Below, in pieces: positions 56,779 through 64,000 of a DNA stretch of 64,000 nucleotides. Source of the stretch: Opitutales bacterium. Its GTDB lineage: Bacteria > Verrucomicrobiota > Verrucomicrobiia > Opitutales > UBA2987. The notes beneath the pieces are model-generated. The model did no database searches. It saw only the letters and a program-made list of their open reading frames with translations, and was not told where the DNA came from. Position 1 is the stretch's first letter, and each line of letters begins with the position of its first letter. The position numbers were made by a program, and so were the translations under genes. The stretch is from the NCBI GenBank assembly GCA_021772515.1, contig JAJFLU010000026.1, positions 77,813 to 141,812 of the forward strand, read 5' to 3'.

Positions 56779-58596
56779 ATGAAAAAAAAGTATAAATGTA
56801 TTTTGGGAATTTTCGCCCTGCTGTTGTTAATCGGAGGTTGGTGGTCATACCGGCTCATATGGGGCAAGCCCCTCAATATCGACCATTTCTATGAGCGGGT
56901 GTTTATCGAAATTGCTCTGGATGATCCAGAGTTGTTTTCCAGTTTGGGTTTCATCGACAATACCTTGCTCGATTTCCATAGCGACGACCTCACCGATTCC
57001 TCTCCCCGACGGGACAAAGAACTTGCCCAAAAAATCCGTCGTGATCTCGAATCTTTGCGGAGTTACAGTGTAGAAAGCCAATCCGATTCGCAGCGTCTCT
57101 CGACCGAGATTTTAGAGTGGTTTTTGGACGATGCGGTGCGTAGCGAAGAGTTCTTGTTTCACAATTACCCGGTAAATCAACTTTTCGGTATCCAAAGCAA
57201 TCTTCCGAGCTTCATGGAAAGCACCCATCAGGTGATAAACGAAAAAAGCGCGGAAAACTACTTATCCCGGTTGTCCAAATTCGGCACAAAGTTCGATCAG
57301 GTAATTGAAGGACTCAAACTTCGCGAAGACCGGGGCATCGTTCCGCCCAAATTCGTCATCGAAAAGGTGCTGGTTGAAATGAACAATTTCGTCAGCCAAC
57401 CCGTGGAGGAAAACATCCTGTTCTCTTCATTTAAACTGAAAATGGTTGATATCGAGGAGTTTGATGACCAAAAACGTGAAAAATATCTGGAGGAGGCGAG
57501 TATAGAAATTGAAAAGACGGTGCATCCCGCCTATCGAAAACTGATTGCCTTTTTTGAAGCGCTTGAGGCCAAAGCGACCACCGACGATGGTGTCTGGAAG
57601 CTCCCCGATGGCGATGCCTATTACGCCTACCAATTACGCAGCAATACAACCTCCGATTACACCCCGGAGGAAGTTCACCAAATCGGCTTGAGCGAAGTCG
57701 CCCGGATTCAGGGCGAGATGACCGCCATCCTCGAGAGGCTTGGACAAACGGGCAAGCCAGTGGCGGAAACCATGCGCCTGTTGGCCGAAGAAAAACAATT
57801 TCAATACCCGAACACCGATGTCGGTCGTGAGAACATAGTACGCGATTACGTGGCGATAGTTGATGAAATCGATGCGGGCGTATCCGAGGTGTTCAATGTT
57901 CGCCCCAAGATGGGAATGGAGGTAAAGCGCATCCCTGAGTTCAAGCAGGAAACGGCTCCCATGGCCTATTACCAATCGCCCGCCATGGACGGTTCGCGTC
58001 CCGGGGTTTTCTATGTAAATCTGCGCGACCTCAAGAATCTTCCCAAATTCAGTATGCGCACTCTCGTTTACCATGAAGGCATCCCCGGACACCATTTCCA
58101 ACTGGCCATTGCCCAGGAGCTTGAAGGATTGCCCACCTTTCGAAAGATCATTCCATTCACAGCCTATGTCGAAGGCTGGGCTCTCTACACCGAACGCCTG
58201 GCATGGGAACTGGGTTATCAAAAAGATCCCCATGACAATTTGGGGCGGCTGCAGGACGAGTTGCTGCGTGCAGTTCGGCTGGTCGTGGACACCGGCATCC
58301 ACTACAAGAAATGGACCCGCGAGGAGGCTATCGAATATATGCTGGCCAACACGGGAACCCCGGAAGGTGAAGTGGTAACCGAAATTGAACGCTATATAGT
58401 CATTCCCGGCCAAGCCTGCGCCTACAAAATCGGCATGCTAAAAATTCTGGAATTGCGCGAAAAAGCGAAAAGTCAACTGGGCGACAAATTCAAGCTATCC
58501 GATTTCCACGATGTCGTCCTGAAAAACGGCGCCATGCCCCTAAGCGTCCTCGAAAAAGTAGTGGATACCTACATCGAAGACAAAGCGGCGTCCTGA
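56779..58596 (+). CDS. DUF885-family protein (predicted secreted metallopeptidase-like)
   Basis: N-terminal anchor/signal and the DUF885 hallmark VYHEGIPGHHFQ. 605 aa. Confidence 0.8.
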   Translation: MKKKYKCILGIFALLLLIGGWWSYRLIWGKPLNIDHFYERVFIEIALDDPELFSSLGFIDNTLLDFHSDDLTDSSPRRDKELAQKIRRDLESLRSYSVESQSDSQRLSTEILEWFLDDAVRSEEFLFHNYPVNQLFGIQSNLPSFMESTHQVINEKSAENYLSRLSKFGTKFDQVIEGLKLREDRGIVPPKFVIEKVLVEMNNFVSQPVEENILFSSFKLKMVDIEEFDDQKREKYLEEASIEIEKTVHPAYRKLIAFFEALEAKATTDDGVWKLPDGDAYYAYQLRSNTTSDYTPEEVHQIGLSEVARIQGEMTAILERLGQTGKPVAETMRLLAEEKQFQYPNTDVGRENIVRDYVAIVDEIDAGVSEVFNVRPKMGMEVKRIPEFKQETAPMAYYQSPAMDGSRPGVFYVNLRDLKNLPKFSMRTLVYHEGIPGHHFQLAIAQELEGLPTFRKIIPFTAYVEGWALYTERLAWELGYQKDPHDNLGRLQDELLRAVRLVVDTGIHYKKWTREEAIEYMLANTGTPEGEVVTEIERYIVIPGQACAYKIGMLKILELREKAKSQLGDKFKLSDFHDVVLKNGAMPLSVLEKVVDTYIEDKAAS

Positions 58597-58776
58597 GTAT
58601 CGCACGATTAGCAAATGATAGCCCTGAATCAGGGCTGTCCGAAGTCTCTGCTAAACGTAACAATATTTAGATGATTCGTGGTAATATTAAATTTTCTCAC
58701 GTACTGAGATTATTTTTCTTGCATGCTAACTGATTTGATAATAGCTATATCATATATTCAGACTACTGAATATCTC

Positions 58777-59433
58777 ATGGCAAAATATAATAGAGATGCT
58801 TTCAACTGGTTGTTTTGTATGATAAAACAATTCCTTCAGATTGCGATTATGGCTTTGATTGTAGCTTTAGTTCTCATAAATTGGAAATCAGTAAACTATT
58901 TTGTTGAGCGGTTTCTCTACAATGCCGAAGAAGTTTCAATAGCTAATGTGCTGTCGGTATCAATAGCAAAAAAAGACGGGGTCACACATCGAGAGGAATG
59001 GGCCGCCTACTACCGTGTGGCGGATAGAGTTAGGATATTGGAGGCCTACTTTGATGATTCGGGCACGCAGGTCGAGTACATTGAACTAATTGCAACAGCT
59101 CCAGTAAACCTGAGTGGCTCTTTCATAGGAGACAAAAAAAGGGTATTGTTTCTTGGCAACGAGGATATTCATTTGGATACCGAGGAAATAATACGCATTT
59201 ACACGTTTGACGGGAGAAATTTGGCGCCTGAAAAGAGTCCAGTAACTGCACGTCAAAAATATGGGCGAAAAGTCGTTTACGCAAAACCACTGGGAAATTG
59301 TAAGTTAAAAAAAGGAATTTTTAAAGCTGATCCTGGAGAAGGTGATCGTATTGTCATGATCAATCGTGATAAAAAGGTTATACTCGATCTTGACTACTGG
59401 TGGGTTCAGCCACCTATCAATAATAAGTTATGA
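58777..59433 (+). CDS. Hypothetical N-terminally membrane-anchored protein, possible lamin-tail-domain (LTD) fold
   Basis: TM segment FLQIAIMALIVALVLINW, then RILEAYFDDSGTQVEYIELIATAPVNLSGSFIGD, which resembles the LTD core (E[FW]VEL.N....V.LSGW.L). AT-rich. Start uncertain (58723 or 58777). Confidence 0.45.
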   Translation: MAKYNRDAFNWLFCMIKQFLQIAIMALIVALVLINWKSVNYFVERFLYNAEEVSIANVLSVSIAKKDGVTHREEWAAYYRVADRVRILEAYFDDSGTQVEYIELIATAPVNLSGSFIGDKKRVLFLGNEDIHLDTEEIIRIYTFDGRNLAPEKSPVTARQKYGRKVVYAKPLGNCKLKKGIFKADPGEGDRIVMINRDKKVILDLDYWWVQPPINNKL

Positions 59434-59473
59434 AAACAAATAATCACTGTGCTTCTTTCCGTTGTTTAGGCAA

Positions 59474-60577
59474 ATGAAAATTACCAATTGCCATATTCAC
59501 ACATTCACTATCGAGGATGTCCCCAATAATTTCATTCCGTTACTTGGACCGTTGGTTCGCTTCAAATTACTTCGTTTTCCACTTCGATTATTATTGAAAG
59601 CTCTAATTCCATTTACGGATAGAGATTTGTTAGACCGCTATTCAAAATTTCTTAGAATTTCTCATCTTTCTTCCCAGGAAAAAATATTCAAAACTGTCAA
59701 GAATTATTATCCTAGTGGGACAAGATTCATTATTCTTCCAATGGATATGAAATACATGTCTGCCGGTAAAGCTCAAAGGTCACTTGATAATCAGCACAAA
59801 GAGCTAGCGCAACTCGCTTCGAAATTCCAGGACGAGATCATTCCTTTCGTCGCAGTAGACCCAAGAAGAAAAAATATCCTGAATATGGTTCAAGACCTAA
59901 TCGAAAATCATGGGTTTCGAGGAATTAAAATTTACCCACCTCTCGGCTACTACCCAACGGACAGAAATTTGTACCCTGTTTACGAATATGCGGTAGAGAA
60001 CGCAATTCCTGTAATGTCCCATTGCTCTCGTGGCGGTGTATTCGACAGAAAAAAAATTACTGATGATATGCTTACCCACCCCGATACGGGTGAAACATTA
60101 AAAAAGCTTAAACCTAAGGATTTCACGGATTATTATACTGATCCAAGGAATTATGAGAAGGTACTCAAAGATTTTCCCGATTTAAAATTATGCCTTGCTC
60201 ATTTTGGTGGGTCTAAGGGTTGGGAAGATTACCTATACCATCAATGGGATGAAAATAGTCCCGGTGAAGAAAAAAGTTGGCTATCGAAAATAATGGATAT
60301 GATCAAATCCGAGAAATATCCAAATCTGTATACTGATGTATCATACACCATTCTTGAGGATGAAAATTACATCCATATTTTAAAGGTTTTTCTAAGCAAT
60401 AATGAACTAATTCGTGACAGGGTTTTGTTCGGTTCTGATTTTTATATGGTAGAAAAGGAAAAAATTCTTGAGCGCCTAATTCCAATGAAAATGAGATCCA
60501 TATTGGGCGAAGATCTCTTTGAGACAGTTGTTGAGACAAACCCTGCCAGGTATTTGAGCGAATTTAATAACGAATAG
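59474..60577 (+). CDS. Amidohydro_2-type (TIM-barrel metal-dependent) hydrolase
   Basis: N-terminal HxH (NCHIHTF), later VMSHCSRGG, LAHFGG and GSDFYM, in the order expected for PF04909-like enzymes. AT-rich (line 59581: 20/60 G+C by hand count). Confidence 0.65.
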   Translation: MKITNCHIHTFTIEDVPNNFIPLLGPLVRFKLLRFPLRLLLKALIPFTDRDLLDRYSKFLRISHLSSQEKIFKTVKNYYPSGTRFIILPMDMKYMSAGKAQRSLDNQHKELAQLASKFQDEIIPFVAVDPRRKNILNMVQDLIENHGFRGIKIYPPLGYYPTDRNLYPVYEYAVENAIPVMSHCSRGGVFDRKKITDDMLTHPDTGETLKKLKPKDFTDYYTDPRNYEKVLKDFPDLKLCLAHFGGSKGWEDYLYHQWDENSPGEEKSWLSKIMDMIKSEKYPNLYTDVSYTILEDENYIHILKVFLSNNELIRDRVLFGSDFYMVEKEKILERLIPMKMRSILGEDLFETVVETNPARYLSEFNNE

Positions 60578-60647
60578 GGTATTGACTGTGGTTACATTGT
60601 TTTATCCTTTGCAAAACGACATTGAGATTGACTGGGTTTTCGTAAAG

Positions 60648-61340
60648 TTAGCGGAGCAATAGTTCGCCGATTTTGGCGGTGTTTTTTTGGAGCCAGGTTT
60701 GGGTGGGTCGCAAGGGGGTTGGCGGTGGTTGTGCCTCGGCAAGATTTTCGGGTAGGGTGTTTTTTTGGAAGGTTTGGAGGGCGTAGCGGCGGCTGCCTTG
60801 GATCAATTTGAGGATTTCATCGATGTCTTCCTCGGTGTGGAGGCCGGGAACGATGGTGGTTCGGAATTCGTGGTCGAGGCCGGAATTGCGGATCAGGTCG
60901 ATGCTCCGGCGGATTTTTTTCAACGGTATTCGCCTCCCCGTGGCGAGATTGTATTTTTCCAGGGGTGCCTTTACGTCCATTGCGATGTAGTCGACTAATT
61001 TGGCCTCCATCGCCGCATCGACGACCTCCGGGCGGTAGCCGTTGGTATCGAGTTTTACCAGGAAACCAAGGGAGCGCAGTTTTTTCAGGAAATGGAGCAG
61101 ATCAGGCTGGAAGGTCGGTTCGCCACCCGTCACAACTACTCCCTCGAGCTGACGGAGGCGGGTTTTCAGAAATGCGATGACCTCATCTTCGGGCAAAAGT
61201 GGCCCGTATTCCCCGGGCAGCACCAGCGAACGATTGTAACACCAGGGGCATCGCCAAGGGCATCCTTGGGCAAATATTACGGCAGCGATTTTTCCCGGAA
61301 AATCGATCAGTGAACACTTCTGGAGGCCGCCGATTTTCAT
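60648..61340 (-). CDS. nrdG: Anaerobic ribonucleoside-triphosphate reductase activating protein (radical SAM)
   Basis: CX3CX2C in GCPWRCPWCYN close to the N-terminus once the start is moved to MKIGGLQKCS (61340). ATGA overlap with the nrdD stop. Confidence 0.9.
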   Translation of the reverse strand: MKIGGLQKCSLIDFPGKIAAVIFAQGCPWRCPWCYNRSLVLPGEYGPLLPEDEVIAFLKTRLRQLEGVVVTGGEPTFQPDLLHFLKKLRSLGFLVKLDTNGYRPEVVDAAMEAKLVDYIAMDVKAPLEKYNLATGRRIPLKKIRRSIDLIRNSGLDHEFRTTIVPGLHTEEDIDEILKLIQGSRRYALQTFQKNTLPENLAEAQPPPTPLRPTQTWLQKNTAKIGELLLR

Positions 61341-63511
61341 GCTAAAACGGTTTCTCTGCGTTTGGAGTCCGGGCGGAGTTTCGAGCGCATGGGGAATTCG
61401 GCCTGTTTGCCCTCGTTCCACTGCTGGACCGGGCGCAGGTAGCCGACAACCCGTGAATATACTTCGCAGTCCCGCTGGCAATGCGGGCAATTATGCTGTT
61501 CACCATCCAAATACCCGTGCTCGGGGCAGATCGAAAATGTGGGCGTAAGGGTAAAATAGGGAAGTTTGTAGTTTTCGGCGATGTGGCGGACCAGTTTCTT
61601 GACGCTTGCGGTGTTTTCGATGCGCTCCCCGAGAAAGAGATGAAGGACGGTACCGCCGGTATATTGAGTTTGGAGGCTGTCCTGGAGGTCGATCATCTCA
61701 AACAGGTCATCCGTGTAATTAACCGGGAGGTGGGTGGAGTTTGTGTAAAAGGGTTTGGCCCCGAGATGATAATCTTCCTCGTTGGCGACCAGGATTTCAG
61801 GGAAACGGACTTTGTCTTTTTTGGCCAACCGGTAGGCGGTGCCCTCTGCCGGGGTGGCCTCAAGGTTGTAATTGCTACCGGTTTCCTCCTGAAAGGAAAC
61901 GAGTTTTTGCCGCATAAAATTCAGCGTTTCGAGGGCGAATTTTCCACCTTGGGCACTCCCGAGATCGCAACCCAGAAGATTGACGCTGGCTTCATTCATA
62001 CCCACCAACCCGATGGTTGAAAAATGGTTTTCCCAGTAGTTTCCGAACCGTTCCTTGATCTCTCGCAGGTAAAATGAGGTGTAGGGAAAAAGGTTATCTG
62101 CGGTCAGGCGTTCGAGCAGCTTGCGTTTGATTTCGAGACTCTCCCGCGCAAGGTTCATCAGGTTTTCCAAGCGCGTAAAAAAGTCTGCACGATTTACCGA
62201 CACATAACCGAGGCGCGGCATGTTGATGGTGACCACGCCGATACTGCCGGTCAGCGGGTGGGCACCGAAAAGCCCGCCGCCACGTTTTCGCAACTTCGTG
62301 TTGTCGATGCGCAGGCGGCAGCACATCGAGCGGGCATCCTCGGGGTCCATATCGGAGTTAATAAAATTGGAAAAGTAGGGAACGCCGTATTTGCCGGTCA
62401 TCTTCCAAAGTCCCTCGAGGTTGGGGTTATCCCAATCGAAATTTTTGGTCACATTGATCGTTGGAATGGGAAAAGTCATCGTTCGACCGCTGGCATCCCC
62501 TTCGGTCATCACATCGAAAAAAGCGCGGTTGAACAGATCCATTTCCTCCTGAAAATCACCGTATTTTTCGGGTTTCAATTCGCCTCCGACAAGAACCGGT
62601 TGATCGGCATAATGGCGCGGACAGACCAGATCGAGGGTCACATTGGTAAAAGGTGTCTGAAAACCGACGCGGGTGGGGACGTTGGTGTTAAAAACAAATT
62701 CCTGGAGGGACTGTTTTACCTGGGTATAGTCGAGCTTGTCATAACGGATGAACGGCGCCAGCAAGGTATCGAAATTGGAAAACGCCTGAGCGCCCGCCGC
62801 CTCTCCCTGGAGGGTATAGAAAAAATTGATGACATGGCCCAGAGCAGTCCGAAAGTGTTTCGCCGGTTTGGTCTCGATTTTTCCGGGCACGCCGCGAAAG
62901 CCATCGCGCAAAAGGCCGTAGAGATCCCACCCCACACAGTAAACGGAGAGCTGATTGAGGTCGTGCAGATGGAGATCGCCGGACTCGTGGGCATGTTTGA
63001 TTTCACCCGGATAAATGGCGTTGAGCCAGTAAGATTGGCTGAGACCGCTTGAAATGTAGTTGTTCAACCCTTGCAGGGAGAAGGTCATATTGCTGTTTTC
63101 CCGCACCTTCCAGTCGGATTGCCGGAGGTATTGGTCGAGGAGGTCCACATTGACTTTGGTGGATATTTCACGCATCTTCGAATGTTGGTCGCGGTAGAGA
63201 ATGAAGGCTTTTGCGCTTTTGCGAAATGGGGAGTCGAGGAGCACTTCTTCGACAAGATCCTGGATTTTTTCAACCGACGGAGTTTCACCAAAAAATACCT
63301 GCGTCCCGAGAGTGAGAACCCGCAATGCGAGCCTTCGCGCCGTCTCCCCGTCAATCTCTCCGGTGGCCTCACCGGCTCTGGCGATGGCGTCGGCAATTCG
63401 CCGTGAATCAAAGGGCACAACCCTTCCATCGCGTTTGCGTACACGGGTAAAAGTATCTCCGGGGGAGGGGGGAATTTTATTAAAAAGTTCAGGTTGTTTG
63501 GATGGAATCAT
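61337..63511 (-). CDS. nrdD: Anaerobic (class III) ribonucleoside-triphosphate reductase
   Basis: N-terminal ATP-cone, C-terminal zinc ribbon CPEHG...CPHCQ and glycyl-radical motif SRVVGYLRP. 724 aa. Confidence 0.93.
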   Translation of the reverse strand: MIPSKQPELFNKIPPSPGDTFTRVRKRDGRVVPFDSRRIADAIARAGEATGEIDGETARRLALRVLTLGTQVFFGETPSVEKIQDLVEEVLLDSPFRKSAKAFILYRDQHSKMREISTKVNVDLLDQYLRQSDWKVRENSNMTFSLQGLNNYISSGLSQSYWLNAIYPGEIKHAHESGDLHLHDLNQLSVYCVGWDLYGLLRDGFRGVPGKIETKPAKHFRTALGHVINFFYTLQGEAAGAQAFSNFDTLLAPFIRYDKLDYTQVKQSLQEFVFNTNVPTRVGFQTPFTNVTLDLVCPRHYADQPVLVGGELKPEKYGDFQEEMDLFNRAFFDVMTEGDASGRTMTFPIPTINVTKNFDWDNPNLEGLWKMTGKYGVPYFSNFINSDMDPEDARSMCCRLRIDNTKLRKRGGGLFGAHPLTGSIGVVTINMPRLGYVSVNRADFFTRLENLMNLARESLEIKRKLLERLTADNLFPYTSFYLREIKERFGNYWENHFSTIGLVGMNEASVNLLGCDLGSAQGGKFALETLNFMRQKLVSFQEETGSNYNLEATPAEGTAYRLAKKDKVRFPEILVANEEDYHLGAKPFYTNSTHLPVNYTDDLFEMIDLQDSLQTQYTGGTVLHLFLGERIENTASVKKLVRHIAENYKLPYFTLTPTFSICPEHGYLDGEQHNCPHCQRDCEVYSRVVGYLRPVQQWNEGKQAEFPMRSKLRPDSKRRETVLA

Positions 63512-63582
63512 AGTAAACAGAGTGTTAGGGGATAGAAAAAGGGGGAGTCAAAGAGCGCCCGAAAAATAGAGCGAAGGTTTAA

Positions 63583-63633
63583 ACTATACAACATGTTGTG
63601 GTATTATGCAAATGAAAACACAAGATTTAGTGT
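63583..63633 (-). promoter_or_regulatory. nrdDG promoter (-35 TTGCAT, 17-nt spacer, -10 TATAGT) overlapped by two NrdR boxes
   Basis: Minus-strand read: TTGCAT (63611-63606), a 17-nt spacer, TATAGT (63588-63583). Box A is CCACAACATGTTGTAT (63586-63601) and box B is ACACTAAATCTTGTGT (63618-63633). Their centres are 32 bp apart. Confidence 0.7.
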
Positions 63634-63706
63634 TTATTTTTAAAAACGGGATATAATCCAGAGAATTCTCAAGAATGGGTGACTTGACCTATTCGGGCAA
63701 ATTGGG

Positions 63707-64000
63707 ATGATTCGTAGAGTACGTTCGATGCGCTCTCCCATACAAAAAGTTGCCGCCCCTCCGGGGGAACGCCCTTTGATGATTTATGACGGCGATTGCG
63801 CTTTCTGCATACGCTGGATTGAGCGCTGGAAGGTATGGACAGGGGGACGGATCGATTATGTGGATTCGCAATCTGTGGCGGAGCGATTTCCCGAAATTCC
63901 CCTCGATCGCTTCGAGAGAGCGGTGCAGCTTGTCCAGACAAACGGCGAAGTGGTCGAGGGTGCCGAAGCGGTTCTCCTCTGCCTGAAGGATACGCCGGGA
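63707..64000 (+). CDS. DCC-family thiol-disulfide oxidoreductase (DUF393), N-terminal part (runs off the right edge)
   Basis: Hand translation gives ...PLMIYDGDCAFCIRWIERWKVWTGGRIDYVDSQS..., the DCC1-like YDGxCxxC motif. In-frame ATGs lie at 63707, 63728 and 63779. No stop lies in the window, so it is not in the ORF track. Confidence 0.65.
   Translation, partial: MIRRVRSMRSPIQKVAAPPGERPLMIYDGDCAFCIRWIERWKVWTGGRIDYVDSQSVAERFPEIPLDRFERAVQLVQTNGEVVEGAEAVLLCLKDTPG

Noticed and set aside
1-64000. CRISPR arrays, tRNA/rRNA/tmRNA genes, IS elements, integrases, prophage genes
   Set aside because: I saw no regularly spaced direct repeats and no T-loop (GTTCRANNC) in any intergenic region. No transposase-, integrase- or phage-like ORF is in the track. 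The AT-rich patches lack recognisable mobility genes or flanking att-like repeats.

Overview
This window looks like a bacterial chromosomal segment of about 50 genes, and most of it is ordinary core or metabolic content. I cannot assign a taxon from the sequence. The long-tailed Rho, the frequent lack of Shine-Dalgarno sequences and the gene content are compatible with a PVC/Verrucomicrobia-like organism, but that is a guess.

Core content, left to right:
- Minus strand: lolD-lolC/E, lysS, the ribosomal protein genes for L36/L31, and a coaE-rho-gspE-pilT-pilB-pilC block.
- Plus strand: lipA, an MBL-fold hydrolase, a beta-hydroxyacid dehydrogenase and a DUF1015 protein.
- A large peptide-degradation and uptake neighbourhood: an M20 peptidase, two secreted amidohydrolases, NhaC, oppABCDF, an M3 oligopeptidase and a fused M16 peptidase.
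- An ECF sigma module, a TonB-dependent receptor, a sigma-54 two-component pair, an iron-type alcohol dehydrogenase, a DUF885 protein and nrdDG. The nrdDG promoter overlaps two clear NrdR boxes.

I found no rRNA, tRNA, CRISPR array, transposase or integrase.

Four visibly AT-rich patches interrupt this backbone, and they are the best places to look for something new:
1. 9.1-11.4 kb: a patatin/cPLA2-like lipase whose Ser and Asp motifs are separated by a polytopic membrane block.
2. 30.8-31.7 kb: a doubly truncated mazEF relic plus a small membrane ORF.
3. 45.7-47.9 kb: two paralogous lipoproteins and a secreted protein downstream of the TonB-dependent receptor, with palindromic operator-like sites.
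4. 58.6-60.6 kb: a two-gene cassette of a membrane-anchored, possibly lamin-tail-domain protein and an Amidohydro_2-type hydrolase.

None of these matches a described defence or secretion system that I can name, and I cannot show from sequence alone that any of them is a functional system. Every family assignment comes from motif recognition by eye and needs HMM or BLAST confirmation.
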